Shown piece after piece: positions 50,001 through 57,950 of a stretch of 64,000 nt of DNA. A program made the position numbers and the translations under genes. The stretch's first letter is position 1, and each line of letters starts with the position of its first letter. Below the pieces are notes generated by a model. That model searched no databases, was not told the DNA's origin, and saw nothing but the letters and a program-made list of their open reading frames with translations. Source of the DNA: a virus; IMG/VR virus record IMGVR_UViG_3300007734_000761, positions 64,001 through 128,000 of that record. One strand, 5' to 3'.

Positions 50001-53000
50001 CACTAGAACCCGATGAACCTGAAGTTCCTGAACTTCCTGATGAACCTGATGTGCCGCTTGAACCGCTAGTACCTGATGAACCTGATGTTCCTGATGAGCC
50101 ACTAGTTCCTGAAGAACCGCTTGAACCTGAGGTGCCACTTGAACCACTAGATCCTGAAGTGCCAGATGAACCTGAAGAGCCTGAAGTACCAGATGAACCT
50201 GACGTTCCAGATGAACCTGAAGTTCCAGATGTACCATTTACACCACTTATACCTGATGTACCACTAGATCCTGAAGATCCTGAAGTACCTGATGAACCTG
50301 AAGAACCTGATGTTCCTGAAGAACCTGAGGTTCCTGAAGAACCGCTTGAGCCAGAGGAACCTGAAGATCCGCTTGTTCCACTTGAACCTGAAGACCCAGA
50401 TGTTCCTGATGAACCTGAACTTCCTGAAGTGCCACTTGAACCAGATGTTCCGGATGAACCACTTGTACCACTTGAACCTGAAGAACCTGAGGTTCCAGAT
50501 GAACCTGATGATCCTGAAGTGCCACTACTTCCACTAGTTCCTGAAGAGCCTGAAGTACCAGATGATCCTGAAGATCCTGAAGTTCCACTTGAACCTGAAG
50601 AACCTGAGGTGCCACTTGAACCTGAAGAACCTGAGGTACCACTTGAACCAGAAGTTCCGCTTGAGCCACTAGTACCTGACGAACCGCTAGTGCCTGATGT
50701 ACCATCCACACCACTTATACCTGAAGTACCTGAGCTACCTGAAGTTCCGGATGAACCACTTGAACCAGAAGTTCCGGATGAACCTGAAGTACCACTAGAG
50801 CCTGATGTTCCTGATGAACCACTTGAACCACTTGTTCCGGATGATCCGGAAGTGCCTGATGAACCACTAGTACCTGACGATCCGCTTGAACCAGACGTTC
50901 CTGATGAACCACTTGAACCAGAAGTTCCTGAAGAACCGCTAGTTCCACTTGATCCTGAAGTGCCACTTGAACCTGAAGATCCTGATGTTCCTGATGAACC
51001 ATTTGTTCCACTAGAACCAGATGATCCTGATGTGCCAGATGAACCTGAACTACCACTTGTTCCACTTGAACCTGAAGAACCTGAAGTTCCAGATGAACCT
51101 GATGAGCCACTGGTTCCTGAAGAACCAGAAGTTCCGCTTGAGCCACTAGTACCTGATGTACCGTCAACTCCACTTATACCTGAAGTACCTGAGCTACCGC
51201 TCGTACCTGATGAACCACTTGAGCCAGATGTACCACTAGATCCTGAAGAACCTGATGTTCCACTAGAACCGCTAGTTCCAGATGAGCCTGATGTACCTGA
51301 ACTTCCACTAGTTCCTGATGAACCACTTGAACCACTTGAACCAGAAGTTCCTGAAGAACCACTTGTTCCACTTGAACCACTTGTTCCTGATGAACCTGAC
51401 GTTCCAGATGAACCAGATGTCCCTGAACTTCCTGAAGAACCTGATGTTCCACTTGAACCTGAAGTACCAGATGAACCTGAACTTCCACTAGTTCCTGAAG
51501 AACCAGAAGATCCTGAAGTACCTGATGAACCTGACGTTCCAGATGAACCTGACGTTCCAGATGAACCTGAGCTACCTGCGGTTCCTGAAGAACCACTTGT
51601 CCCAGATGAACCAGAAGTACCTGACGTACCATCAACTCCACTTATACCTGAAGTGCCGCTTGAACCTGAAGTACCAGATGAACCTGAACTTCCGCTAGTT
51701 CCTGATGAACCACTTGAGCCAGATGTACCAGAAGAACCGCTTGTTCCACTTGAACCTGATGTTCCTGAAGAACCTGATGAACCCGAGGTACCTGAACTGC
51801 CACTAGTACCTGATGAACCTGAAGTGCCAGATGAACCTGATGAACCTGAAGTTCCTGAAGAACCTGAGCTGCCTGATGTGCCAGATGAACCTGAGGTTCC
51901 TGAAGAACCACTAGAACCAGACGTTCCTGAGCTGCCTGATGTACCACTAGAACCGCTAGTGCCTGATGAACCTGAAGATCCTGAAGTGCCTGATGAGCCA
52001 CTTGAACCACTTGTACCACTTGAACCTGAAGATCCTGAAGTACCTGATGAACCAGAGGTGCCACTTGAGCCGCTAGTTCCGGATGAACCAGAAGTACCTG
52101 ACGTGCCATCTACTCCACTTATACCTGAAGTACCTGAGCTGCCTGAACTACCTGATGTGCCTGAACTACCAGAGCTGCCTGATGTGCCTGAACTGCCGCT
52201 TGAACCAGATGTACCTGATGAACCACTAGTACCTGAACTACCTGACGTACCACTTGAGCCAGAAGATCCTGAAGTACCAGAACTACCTGACGAACCACTA
52301 GTCCCACTTGAACCTGAACTTCCACTTGTTCCTGATGAACCTGAACTTCCTGACGTACCACTTGAGCCAGAAGTGCCAGAACTACCTGATGTTCCTGATG
52401 AACCACTTGAGCCAGATGTACCTGATGTGCCATCTACTCCACTTATACCTGAAGTACCACTACTTCCTGAGGAACCAGAAGTACCTGATGAACCACTTGT
52501 TCCTGATGAACCTGAAGTGCCACTTGATCCACTAGAACCTGATGTTCCTGAAGAACCTGACGTACCACTTGAGCCGCTTGAACCACTTGTTCCACTTGAA
52601 CCTGATGAACCTGAAGTACCACTAGAACCAGATGTTCCACTACTACCACTTGTACCATCAATCCCAGAAGTACCTGATGAACCACTTGTGCCTGAACTAC
52701 CTGATGTTCCTGATGTTCCGTTTATACCTGAAATTCCAGAAGTTCCTGAGCTGCCACTTGAACCTGAAGTACCACTAGAACCAGAACTACCTGATGTTCC
52801 TGAACTTCCTGAAGAACCTGAGGTTCCACTACTACCACTTGTACCTGATGATCCTGAACTACCTGATGTTCCTGAACTGCCGCTCGTTCCTGATGAACCT
52901 GATGTACCTGAAGATCCTGAAGTGCCTGATGAGCCTGAAGATCCTGAAGTACCGGAACTACCTGAAGTGCCACTTGAACCTGATGTACCACTTGAACCAC

Positions 53001-54489
53001 TAGTGCCTGAGGATCCTGAAGTACCTGATGAGCCACTAGAACCAGAAGTTCCTGAACTACCTGAAGTTCCTGATGAACCTGATGAACCATCAACTCCACT
53101 TAAACCTGAAGTACCCGAAGTACCAGATGAGCCTGATGAGCCACTAGTACCTGATGATCCACTTGTTCCTGAAGAACCTGAACTACCTGACGTGCCACTT
53201 GAGCCAGATGTTCCCGAACTTCCACTTGAACCACTTGTACCTGATGAACCTGAGCTTCCTGAAGTACCAGACGAACCTGATGTTCCTGAACTTCCGCTAG
53301 TTCCACTTGAACCTGAACTTCCACTAGTTCCTGAAGAACCGCTTGAGCCAGATGTTCCCGAACTTCCACTAGTTCCTGAAGAACCGCTTGAGCCAGATGT
53401 ACCTGATGAACCACTTGTTCCACTACTTCCTGAAGTGCCAGATGAGCCTGAGCTACCTGAAGTACCAGATGAACCACTTGTTCCTGAGCTTCCGCTTGTA
53501 CCGGATGAACCTGATGAACCGCTAGTTCCACTTGAACCTGAACTTCCGCTAGTTCCTGAAGAACCACTTGAGCCAGATGTACCTGACGAACCGCTTGTTC
53601 CTGAAGAACCACTTGTTCCACTTGAACCAGATGAACCAGATGTTCCTGAGCTTCCACTTGTTCCACTTGAACCTGAAGTACCTGAAGAACCACTTGAACC
53701 TGAAGTACCTGAAGAACCACTTGAGCCAGATGTGCCTGATGAACCGCTAGTTCCTGATGAACCAGATGTTCCACTTGTTCCGCTTGAACCTGATGTTCCT
53801 GAAGTGCCAGATGAACCGCTAGTACCTGATGAACCACTAGAACCTGATGTTCCACTTGAACCACTTGTACCTGATGAACCAGATGTGCCTGATGAACCTG
53901 AGCTGCCACTTGTACCAGATGAGCCAGATGTTCCTGATGAACCTGACGTGCCTGAACTACCCGAAGTGCCAGAAGAACCAGATGTACCATTTGTACCTGA
54001 AGTACCGTTTGTGCCAGATGTTCCACTAGTTCCTGAAGTTCCTGAACTACCACTAGTTCCTGAGGTTCCTGAACTGCCACTAGTACCTGATGTTCCACTT
54101 GTGCCAGATGTACTAAAATCAGCTATTGGAGCATATGTAAATTGTCCAGAACTAGTATCATATGTTATAAAATAACCTGATGAAGAGTTTTCACTTACTC
54201 CTAAAACTATAAAAGGATTTGAACCTGAAATTAATAATGATCCAGTAATTACAGCTGAACCTGAAAACGGAAATCCTGCTCCTCCACTACCTGAAGAAGC
54301 TATTCCATAACTAACTAATCCTGTTGCTGGATCATATGTTAAATTATATGAGGCTGAAAGATCATTTTCTACTCCAATAAGTGTTAATGGGTTTGAGCCT
54401 GAAATTATTACACTCTCACTAATGCTACCTGTAATAGATAAATCATTAGATAAATACCACCCTAACTGTTCTGGTCTTACTCTTGCCAT
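44095..54489 (-). CDS. Giant Gly-Ser/Thr-Ser repeat fibre protein (3464 aa)
   Basis: Unique N-terminus, ~3138-aa (GSS/GTS)n region, C-terminal fibre-type domain KNFDIIHP...LEGPE.GVYVRG...ERKDV; same strand and packing as neighbours. Confidence 0.85.
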   Translation of the reverse strand: MARVRPEQLGWYLSNDLSITGSISESVIISGSNPLTLIGVENDLSASYNLTYDPATGLVSYGIASSGSGGAGFPFSGSAVITGSLLISGSNPFIVLGVSENSSSGYFITYDTSSGQFTYAPIADFSTSGTSGTSGTSGSSGTSGTSGSSGTSGTSGTSGTNGTSGTNGTSGSSGTSGSSGTSGSSGTSGSSGTSGSSGSSGTSGSSGTSGSSGTSGSSGSSGTSGSSGTSGTSGSSGTSGTSGSSGTSGSSGTSGSSGSSGTSGSSGSSGTSGSSGTSGSSGTSGSSGSSGTSGSSGTSGSSGTSGSSGSSGTSGSSGSSGTSGSSGSSGTSGSSGTSGSSGTSGSSGSSGTSGSSGTSGSSGTSGSSGSSGTSGSSGTSGSSGSSGTSGSSGSSGTSGSSGTSGSSGTSGSSGSSGTSGSSGSSGTSGSSGTSGSSGSSGTSGSSGTSGSSGSSGTSGTSGLSGVDGSSGSSGTSGSSGTSGSSGSSGTSGSSGTSGSSGTSGSSGTSGSSGTSGSSGSSGTSGSSGTSGSSGTSGSSGTSGSSGSSGTSGSSGTSGSSGSSGTSGSSGSSGTSGSSGSSGTSGISGINGTSGTSGSSGTSGSSGTSGIDGTSGSSGTSGSSGTSGSSGSSGTSGSSGSSGTSGSSGTSGSSGSSGTSGSSGTSGSSGTSGSSGSSGTSGISGVDGTSGTSGSSGSSGTSGSSGTSGSSGTSGSSGSSGTSGSSGSSGTSGSSGSSGTSGSSGSSGTSGSSGTSGSSGTSGSSGSSGTSGSSGSSGTSGSSGSSGTSGISGVDGTSGTSGSSGTSGSSGTSGSSGTSGSSGSSGTSGSSGSSGTSGSSGSSGTSGSSGTSGSSGTSGSSGSSGTSGSSGTSGSSGSSGTSGSSGSSGTSGSSGTSGSSGTSGSSGSSGTSGSSGTSGSSGTSGSSGSSGTSGSSGSSGTSGSSGTSGISGVDGTSGTSGSSGTSGSSGTAGSSGSSGTSGSSGTSGSSGTSGSSGSSGTSGSSGSSGTSGSSGTSGSSGSSGTSGSSGTSGSSGTSGSSGTSGSSGTSGSSGSSGSSGTSGSSGTSGSSGTSGSSGTSGSSGSSGTSGSSGSSGTSGSSGTSGISGVDGTSGTSGSSGTSGSSGTSGSSGSSGTSGSSGSSGTSGSSGSSGTSGSSGSSGTNGSSGTSGSSGSSGTSGSSGTSGSSGTSGSSGSSGTSGSSGSSGTSGSSGTSGSSGTSGSSGSSGTSGSSGTSGSSGTSGSSGSSGTSGSSGTSGISGVDGTSGTSGSSGTSGSSGTSGSSGTSGSSGSSGTSGSSGSSGTSGSSGSSGTSGSSGTSGSSGTSGSSGSSGTSGSSGSSGTSGSSGTSGSSGTSGSSGSSGTSGSSGSSGTSGSSGSSGSSGSSGTSGSSGTSGSSGSSGTSGSSGSSGTSGISGVNGTSGTSGSSGTSGSSGTSGSSGSSGTSGSSGSSGTSGSSGSSGTSGSSGTSGSSGTSGSSGTSGSSGSSGTSGSSGSSGTSGSSGTSGSSGTSGSSGSSGTSGSSGSSGTSGSSGTSGSSGTSGSSGTSGSSGSSGTSGSSGSSGTSGSSGSSGTSGISGVDGTSGTSGSSGTSGSSGTSGSSGSSGTSGSSGTSGSSGTSGSSGSSGTSGSSGTSGSSGSSGTSGSSGTSGSSGTSGSSGSSGTSGSSGTSGSSGSSGTSGSSGSSGTSGSSGTSGSSGSSGTSGSSGSSGTSGSSGTSGSSGTSGISGVNGTSGTSGSSGSSGTSGSSGTSGSSGTSGSSGTSGSSGSSGTSGSSGSSGTSGSSGTSGSSGSSGTSGSSGTSGSSGSSGTSGSSGSSGTSGSSGSSGTSGSSGTSGISGVNGTSGTSGSSGTSGSSGSSGTSGSSGTSGSSGSSGTSGSSGTSGSSGSSGTSGSSGTSGSSGTSGSSGSSGTSGSSGSSGTSGSSGTSGSSGTSGSSGSSGTSGSSGSSGTSGSSGTSGSSGTSGSSGSSGTSGSSGSSGTSGSSGTSGSSGTSGSSGSSGTSGSSGTSGSSGTSGISGVNGTSGTSGSSGTSGSSGTSGSSGSSGTSGSSGSSGTSGSSGSSGTSGSSGSSGTSGSSGSSGTSGSSGTSGSSGTSGSSGTSGSSGSSGTSGSSGSSGTSGSSGTSGSSGTSGSSGTSGSSGSSGTSGSSGSSGTSGSSGTSGISGVNGTSGTSGSSGTSGSSGSSGTSGSSGTSGSSGSSGTSGSSGSSGTSGSSGTSGSSGSSGTSGTSGSSGTSGSSGTSGSSGTSGSSGSSGTSGSSGSSGTSGSSGSSGTSGSSGSSGTSGISGVNGTSGTSGSSGTSGSSGSSGTSGSSGSSGTSGSSGTSGSSGTSGSSGTSGSSGSSGTSGSSGTSGSSGTSGSSGSSGTSGSSGSSGTSGSSGTSGSSGTSGSSGTSGSSGSSGTSGSSGSSGTSGISGVNGTSGTSGSSGSSGTSGSSGTSGSSGSSGTSGSSGSSGTSGSSGTSGSSGTSGSSGSSGTSGSSGSSGTSGSSGSSGTSGSSGSSGTSGSSGTSGSSGTSGSSGSSGTSGSSGSSGTSGSSGTSGSSGSSGTSGSSGTSGSSGTSGSSGTSGSSGTSGISGVNGTSGTSGSSGTSGSSGTSGSSGTSGSSGSSGTSGSSGSSGTSGSSGTSGSSGTSGSSGSSGTSGSSGTSGSSGSSGTSGSSGSSGTSGSSGTSGSSGTSGSSGSSGTSGSSGSSGTSGSSGSSGTSGSSGTSGSSGTSGSSGSSGTSGSSGSSGTSGISGVNGTSGTSGSSGTSGSSGSSGTSGSSGSSGTSGSSGSSGTSGSSGSSGTSGSSGTSGSSGSSGTSGSSGSSGTSGSSGTSGSSGSSGTSGSSGSSGNSGASGTSGTSGSSGTSGSSGTSGSSGSSGTSGSSGSSGTSGSSGTSGSSGTSGSSGSSGTSGSSGSSGTSGSSGTSGSSGTSGSSGSSGTSGSSGSSGTSGSSGSSGTSGISGVNGTSGTSGSSGSSGTSGSSGSSGTSGSSGSSGTSGSSGSSGTSGSSGNSGTSGSSGTSGSSGTSGSSGSSGTSGSSGSSGTSGSSGSSGTSGSSGTSGSSGTSGSSGSSGTSGSSGSSGTSGSSGTSGSSGSSGTSGSSGSSGTSGSSGSSGTSGSSGTSGISGVNSTSGTSGSSGSSGTSGSSGSSGTSGSSGSSGTSGSSGSSGTSGSSGSSGSSGTSGSSGTSGSSGSSGTSGSSGSSGTSGSSGSSGTSGSSGSSGTSGASGASGTSGTSGSSGTSGSSGSSGTSGINGTSGSSGTSGSSGSSGTSGTTTITNNTDNYVLTATGTSTINGEANLTFDGSTLNLNSGANLNLAGGSIDTNGGAIDTGGGNLDLGAGSINPGGAVVGGVLNFDIINGNIKNFDIIHPTKKEPWRLRYSVLEGPEIGVYVRGRLTNNNTIELPYYWTDLVHEDSITVTLTSIGKPQNLYVISANPEKVTIGIEEGNIDCYYVVYGERKDVDKLITEYIRE
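44692..54105 (-). repeat. ~1046 x 9-nt degenerate repeat encoding Gly-(Ser/Thr)-Ser, punctuated by ~20 GISGV(D/N)G-type markers
   Basis: Direct reading; marker spacings of 279-630 nt are all multiples of 9. Confidence 0.95.
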
Positions 54490-54490
54490 C

Positions 54491-55720
54491 TTATTGGAAT
54501 TTTCCTATTATTAATACAGAATCTGGGTTAGGGCTTGAAGGTGAATTTAATTCAAATCCTAAACCAGACAATGATGTGTTAAACGTAAATACTATATCAT
54601 TTCCAATTTGTTGTAAATTAAAGAAATTAGGTTCTGTGTTAATTCCGTTTATTAATACAATAAATTGATTTTTTCCTGTTGGTGGTAATGGGTCAGGAGC
54701 AACCATAATTTGTTTACCATATAAAGTAGCTTGATTCGTACTAGTTACAATAGCTAAAGCTGAATTATTTGTATTTAAATATTGTGATACTGCTGCAAAT
54801 GATGCTGGGGTTATTATTGGTGGACTTAGTGGATTCACATTCGTTATTTTTGGTTTTTTTACATTTACTGGAATTATTAAATCATCTACTGCATATTCGT
54901 TAAAAATTACTTGACCTTTACTTACATATGCCATATCATGTGATAAATATGCATTTATAGTGTCGGGTATTAAATAACCATGTAATTTCATTGTGATTTT
55001 ACTAACAACAGTTCTTTCTTCTTCTGCTGAGTATTGAACAGATGTTGGAAAAGACTCTATATTTACTCTAAAATAATAACGATTTTTATCTCCCCAATAA
55101 CTATTTTCAGCATATTGTACAGCTTCAAGTATTCTATTGGATTGTTCTACAAAATCTGCATAAATATTTAATTCATATGTAATAGTAACATAATCTGGGT
55201 GTGCTACCACCATCATTTCTTTTACTGGTTGGCGATTATTTAACACATTAAAATTATCATAAGCATTTTTATTGGTAAATTGTCTTTCAAAAACATGAAC
55301 GTTTTGAGCTAAATTACCATCAAGATTTCTACCTACATTACGATTTTTTGTTACATCTGTTCTGTTAACTACAATAAGAGGAGCAATAATTTTACCACTT
55401 ACATCACGTAAAAATCCTTCTTTTTGCATTGCTACCCATCTTTCAGGATAAGCATATATTACAGGAACATCAATAAGTTCTGTATTACTGTATACTGTAG
55501 GTTTAATGTTATTTTTAATATGTTCTAATACAGCCGTATCAATATCAATTAATTTAACACTAAAATTTTTCTCTCTAGTGCCTTTTTGTGATACTTTTAA
55601 AGCTCTATTAGGTTTACTAACCATAGGCTCTTTACCATAACTAGCAAGTTCATAAGGTACAATTTTATCTTGTACTTCTTGTGCGGGAGTTTTAGGTATA
55701 GGTTTTCTTACTTGAGCCAT
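54491..55720 (-). CDS. Putative tail terminator/completion protein (gp15-like) with C-terminal extension
   Basis: VPVIYAYPERW, P.I.V.R, PDYVTITYE; follows the neck genes. Confidence 0.55.
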   Translation of the reverse strand: MAQVRKPIPKTPAQEVQDKIVPYELASYGKEPMVSKPNRALKVSQKGTREKNFSVKLIDIDTAVLEHIKNNIKPTVYSNTELIDVPVIYAYPERWVAMQKEGFLRDVSGKIIAPLIVVNRTDVTKNRNVGRNLDGNLAQNVHVFERQFTNKNAYDNFNVLNNRQPVKEMMVVAHPDYVTITYELNIYADFVEQSNRILEAVQYAENSYWGDKNRYYFRVNIESFPTSVQYSAEEERTVVSKITMKLHGYLIPDTINAYLSHDMAYVSKGQVIFNEYAVDDLIIPVNVKKPKITNVNPLSPPIITPASFAAVSQYLNTNNSALAIVTSTNQATLYGKQIMVAPDPLPPTGKNQFIVLINGINTEPNFFNLQQIGNDIVFTFNTSLSGLGFELNSPSSPNPDSVLIIGKFQ

Positions 55721-56334
55721 TATTGTATTTTATAAGGTAAAATATTAAGTTTAATAGGTCTAGTCATTATTGTATCTAATTCAAATACTAAACTTTGACC
55801 TCTTTTATTTAAACTACTACTTTCAAAATTAGAAGCACCATAGATATATTGATCATCATTACCGAAATCAATCCAGTTTTCGTTTACATTATAAACTTCA
55901 TAGTATCTTTCTCTATCTAAAATAATGTCTCCTACTTCAGGCATTACTCCAATTTTAAGCATCATTTCATGTACAAACCAGAATTGAGATTTTTGTGTAT
56001 TACTTACACCATAATCTTCTACTATTTGAAGTTCATCACCTCTATCAATATAACATTTAATAAGAACAGGTTGATAGTACCATTTTGAAGTACTTTCACC
56101 ATAGATATTTGTAGATGAATTAGTAGCACTTATTTTATAATAAGGCACTTGCATTGACATTAATCTTTTATAAGCTTCTGTAATAGAAGTTACTTGAAAA
56201 TCAATGTCATTACCTGGAGCAAAGGGCATAGGTCTAGCTAATCCATCTGGTTGAGATGGTAAAGCTTCATAATCACCGGGGGTGGTAACTTTTTGGCCTG
56301 GTACTCTGAAAAATGCTCCTGGTTTGTTAGTCAT
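55720..56334 (-). CDS. Head closure / neck protein (gp14-like)
   Basis: YYKI, NIYGES, PEVGDII...YYEV. Confidence 0.6.
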   Translation of the reverse strand: MTNKPGAFFRVPGQKVTTPGDYEALPSQPDGLARPMPFAPGNDIDFQVTSITEAYKRLMSMQVPYYKISATNSSTNIYGESTSKWYYQPVLIKCYIDRGDELQIVEDYGVSNTQKSQFWFVHEMMLKIGVMPEVGDIILDRERYYEVYNVNENWIDFGNDDQYIYGASNFESSSLNKRGQSLVFELDTIMTRPIKLNILPYKIQ

Positions 56335-57935
56335 TATAGAATGTAAATAGGTGAAGGTAAAGGTATATTATTCATAATAGCATTGTTAGCATCATCTTCA
56401 GCTTTTTGTCTTTCTAACTGTTTTTGTTTTGAAGTTTCATCTAATAAAACTCTAAGTTCTTCTAATAATGCTGCTTTATCTGCTTGAGATTGACTCATCA
56501 AATCACTACTAGACATAGCTCCTACTTTTGGAACTTCTGCTGCAGGATATTTACCTCTTGAATAACCTAAAATCTCTTTACAAATTGCTAATACATACCT
56601 CATAATCCATGATTTACCTATTGAATTAATTCTAGAATATGTTGGGTTTGCATAAGGTACATTAGATACATCTGTTATGATAGGTTTATCATACGGAGGA
56701 ACGTTACTATTTTGATTTTGGTTTTGTTGTAAAACATCACTTTCTTTAGCAAACTCAAGCCATAATTTATTTCCATTTCCTGGAGGAATAGGGAATATAG
56801 TAAGTATATTATTATTTACACTAAAACTATATCCATTGTATCTTACATCCATCTGCATATTCCATTCTTGTATTCTTTGTATGTCAAAATACACAGGCCA
56901 CTGAATGTATGAATTATATCCATATCCACCATAAAATCCAAACATATCAGCGGTAGCACCTACACCTCCTAAACCAGGGTATGGGCTTGTCATCCATGCT
57001 TGAGCAGGAGGAGCTTGATAAAATACTCTAACTACTACAGGATTATCTTTTAAACTAATAAGACTTTCACTAACAAACAATGTTTTTAAGTCATACGTTT
57101 GTTGACCATCTATTAGGTCAATACTCGCGCTATATACTGGAATATCGCGTATGAAAGCTTGGTCCGCATAATTATTGGCGATTCTTATAGTTCCACCTAA
57201 AGTTCGGTCAATAAGTCGAGTATTCATATTATAATCTGACTTATAAGCTATATATTGTACTACTTGAGTTGTAGGTGTTATACTAGCATTAGGATCTACA
57301 TCTAAAATATAATTATTATTTACATAACTAGCAGATACATAAAAATAATCTGCAGAATTAATAAAAGGAAGAGGATTTTTTACAACAAAATAAACATTTC
57401 CACCTTTCATGTAAGTATATTGGGGTAAAAAATTACCACACTGATTTTCAATGCCAAAAGATTGTACTAAACTGAAGTCAGCTCTAGACATTGATGGAAT
57501 AACACTAGCAGAAACTACATAAAATATACTTCCACTATTAATAGCCCATTGCATTTCTGGGGCCGATGTAAAATCTGAAGCTACAGCTACTTCTGGTGGG
57601 CTAAACGATAAAGAAGCATTAAAGTAACTTACATTATATTCACATAAAAAACTATCTGTGTAACTACCTTCTATTGATAAGTAGTTTTCTCTTACTTTAT
57701 AAAGATAAACTTCATTACCATAAGTAGTTACTGCTTCTTCCATAGCAGCATATATTTGAAAATCTACAAGTTCAACGTCAACTACACCAAAACCTAAACG
57801 TCGGGTTACATAAAAACAAGCACGTTGTGCATCGTTTTGAAACGTTGGATCATTATCATAGTAACCGAAAGGAGTATTACCAGGAACTGGTAATAGATCG
57901 GATGTGGATAGGGCGTAATTGTAATCTTGAGACAT
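56334..57935 (-). CDS. Neck / head-tail adaptor protein (gp13-like) with internal insertion
   Basis: RRLGFGVVDVEL, EEAVTTY, WIMRYVLAICKEILGYSRGKY, L.EELR. Confidence 0.65.
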   Translation of the reverse strand: MSQDYNYALSTSDLLPVPGNTPFGYYDNDPTFQNDAQRACFYVTRRLGFGVVDVELVDFQIYAAMEEAVTTYGNEVYLYKVRENYLSIEGSYTDSFLCEYNVSYFNASLSFSPPEVAVASDFTSAPEMQWAINSGSIFYVVSASVIPSMSRADFSLVQSFGIENQCGNFLPQYTYMKGGNVYFVVKNPLPFINSADYFYVSASYVNNNYILDVDPNASITPTTQVVQYIAYKSDYNMNTRLIDRTLGGTIRIANNYADQAFIRDIPVYSASIDLIDGQQTYDLKTLFVSESLISLKDNPVVVRVFYQAPPAQAWMTSPYPGLGGVGATADMFGFYGGYGYNSYIQWPVYFDIQRIQEWNMQMDVRYNGYSFSVNNNILTIFPIPPGNGNKLWLEFAKESDVLQQNQNQNSNVPPYDKPIITDVSNVPYANPTYSRINSIGKSWIMRYVLAICKEILGYSRGKYPAAEVPKVGAMSSSDLMSQSQADKAALLEELRVLLDETSKQKQLERQKAEDDANNAIMNNIPLPSPIYIL

Positions 57936-57950
57936 AGTCGATGATAAATA

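Noticed and set aside
44757-54098. Series of minus-strand V/Q/L/H-rich ORFs and plus-strand MNL-type ORFs
   Set aside because: Alternate-frame readings of the repeat; the minus-strand ones stop at the GIS marker codons.
44692-54105. Possible CRISPR array or non-coding satellite
   Set aside because: No constant repeat with unique spacers; variation is mainly synonymous, as expected for coding sequence.
44876-54175. 3099-aa plus-strand Pro/Glu/Asp/Val/Leu ORF
   Set aside because: Shadow of the Ser/Gly/Thr repeat: a stop in that frame needs minus-strand codons starting CA or TA, which the repeat lacks. It has no unique domains and opposes all other genes.
44095-54489. Annotation as an InaZ-type ice nucleation protein
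   Set aside because: Lacks the AGYGSTxT 8/16-residue repeat; the period is 3 residues. Ice binding remains only a hypothesis.
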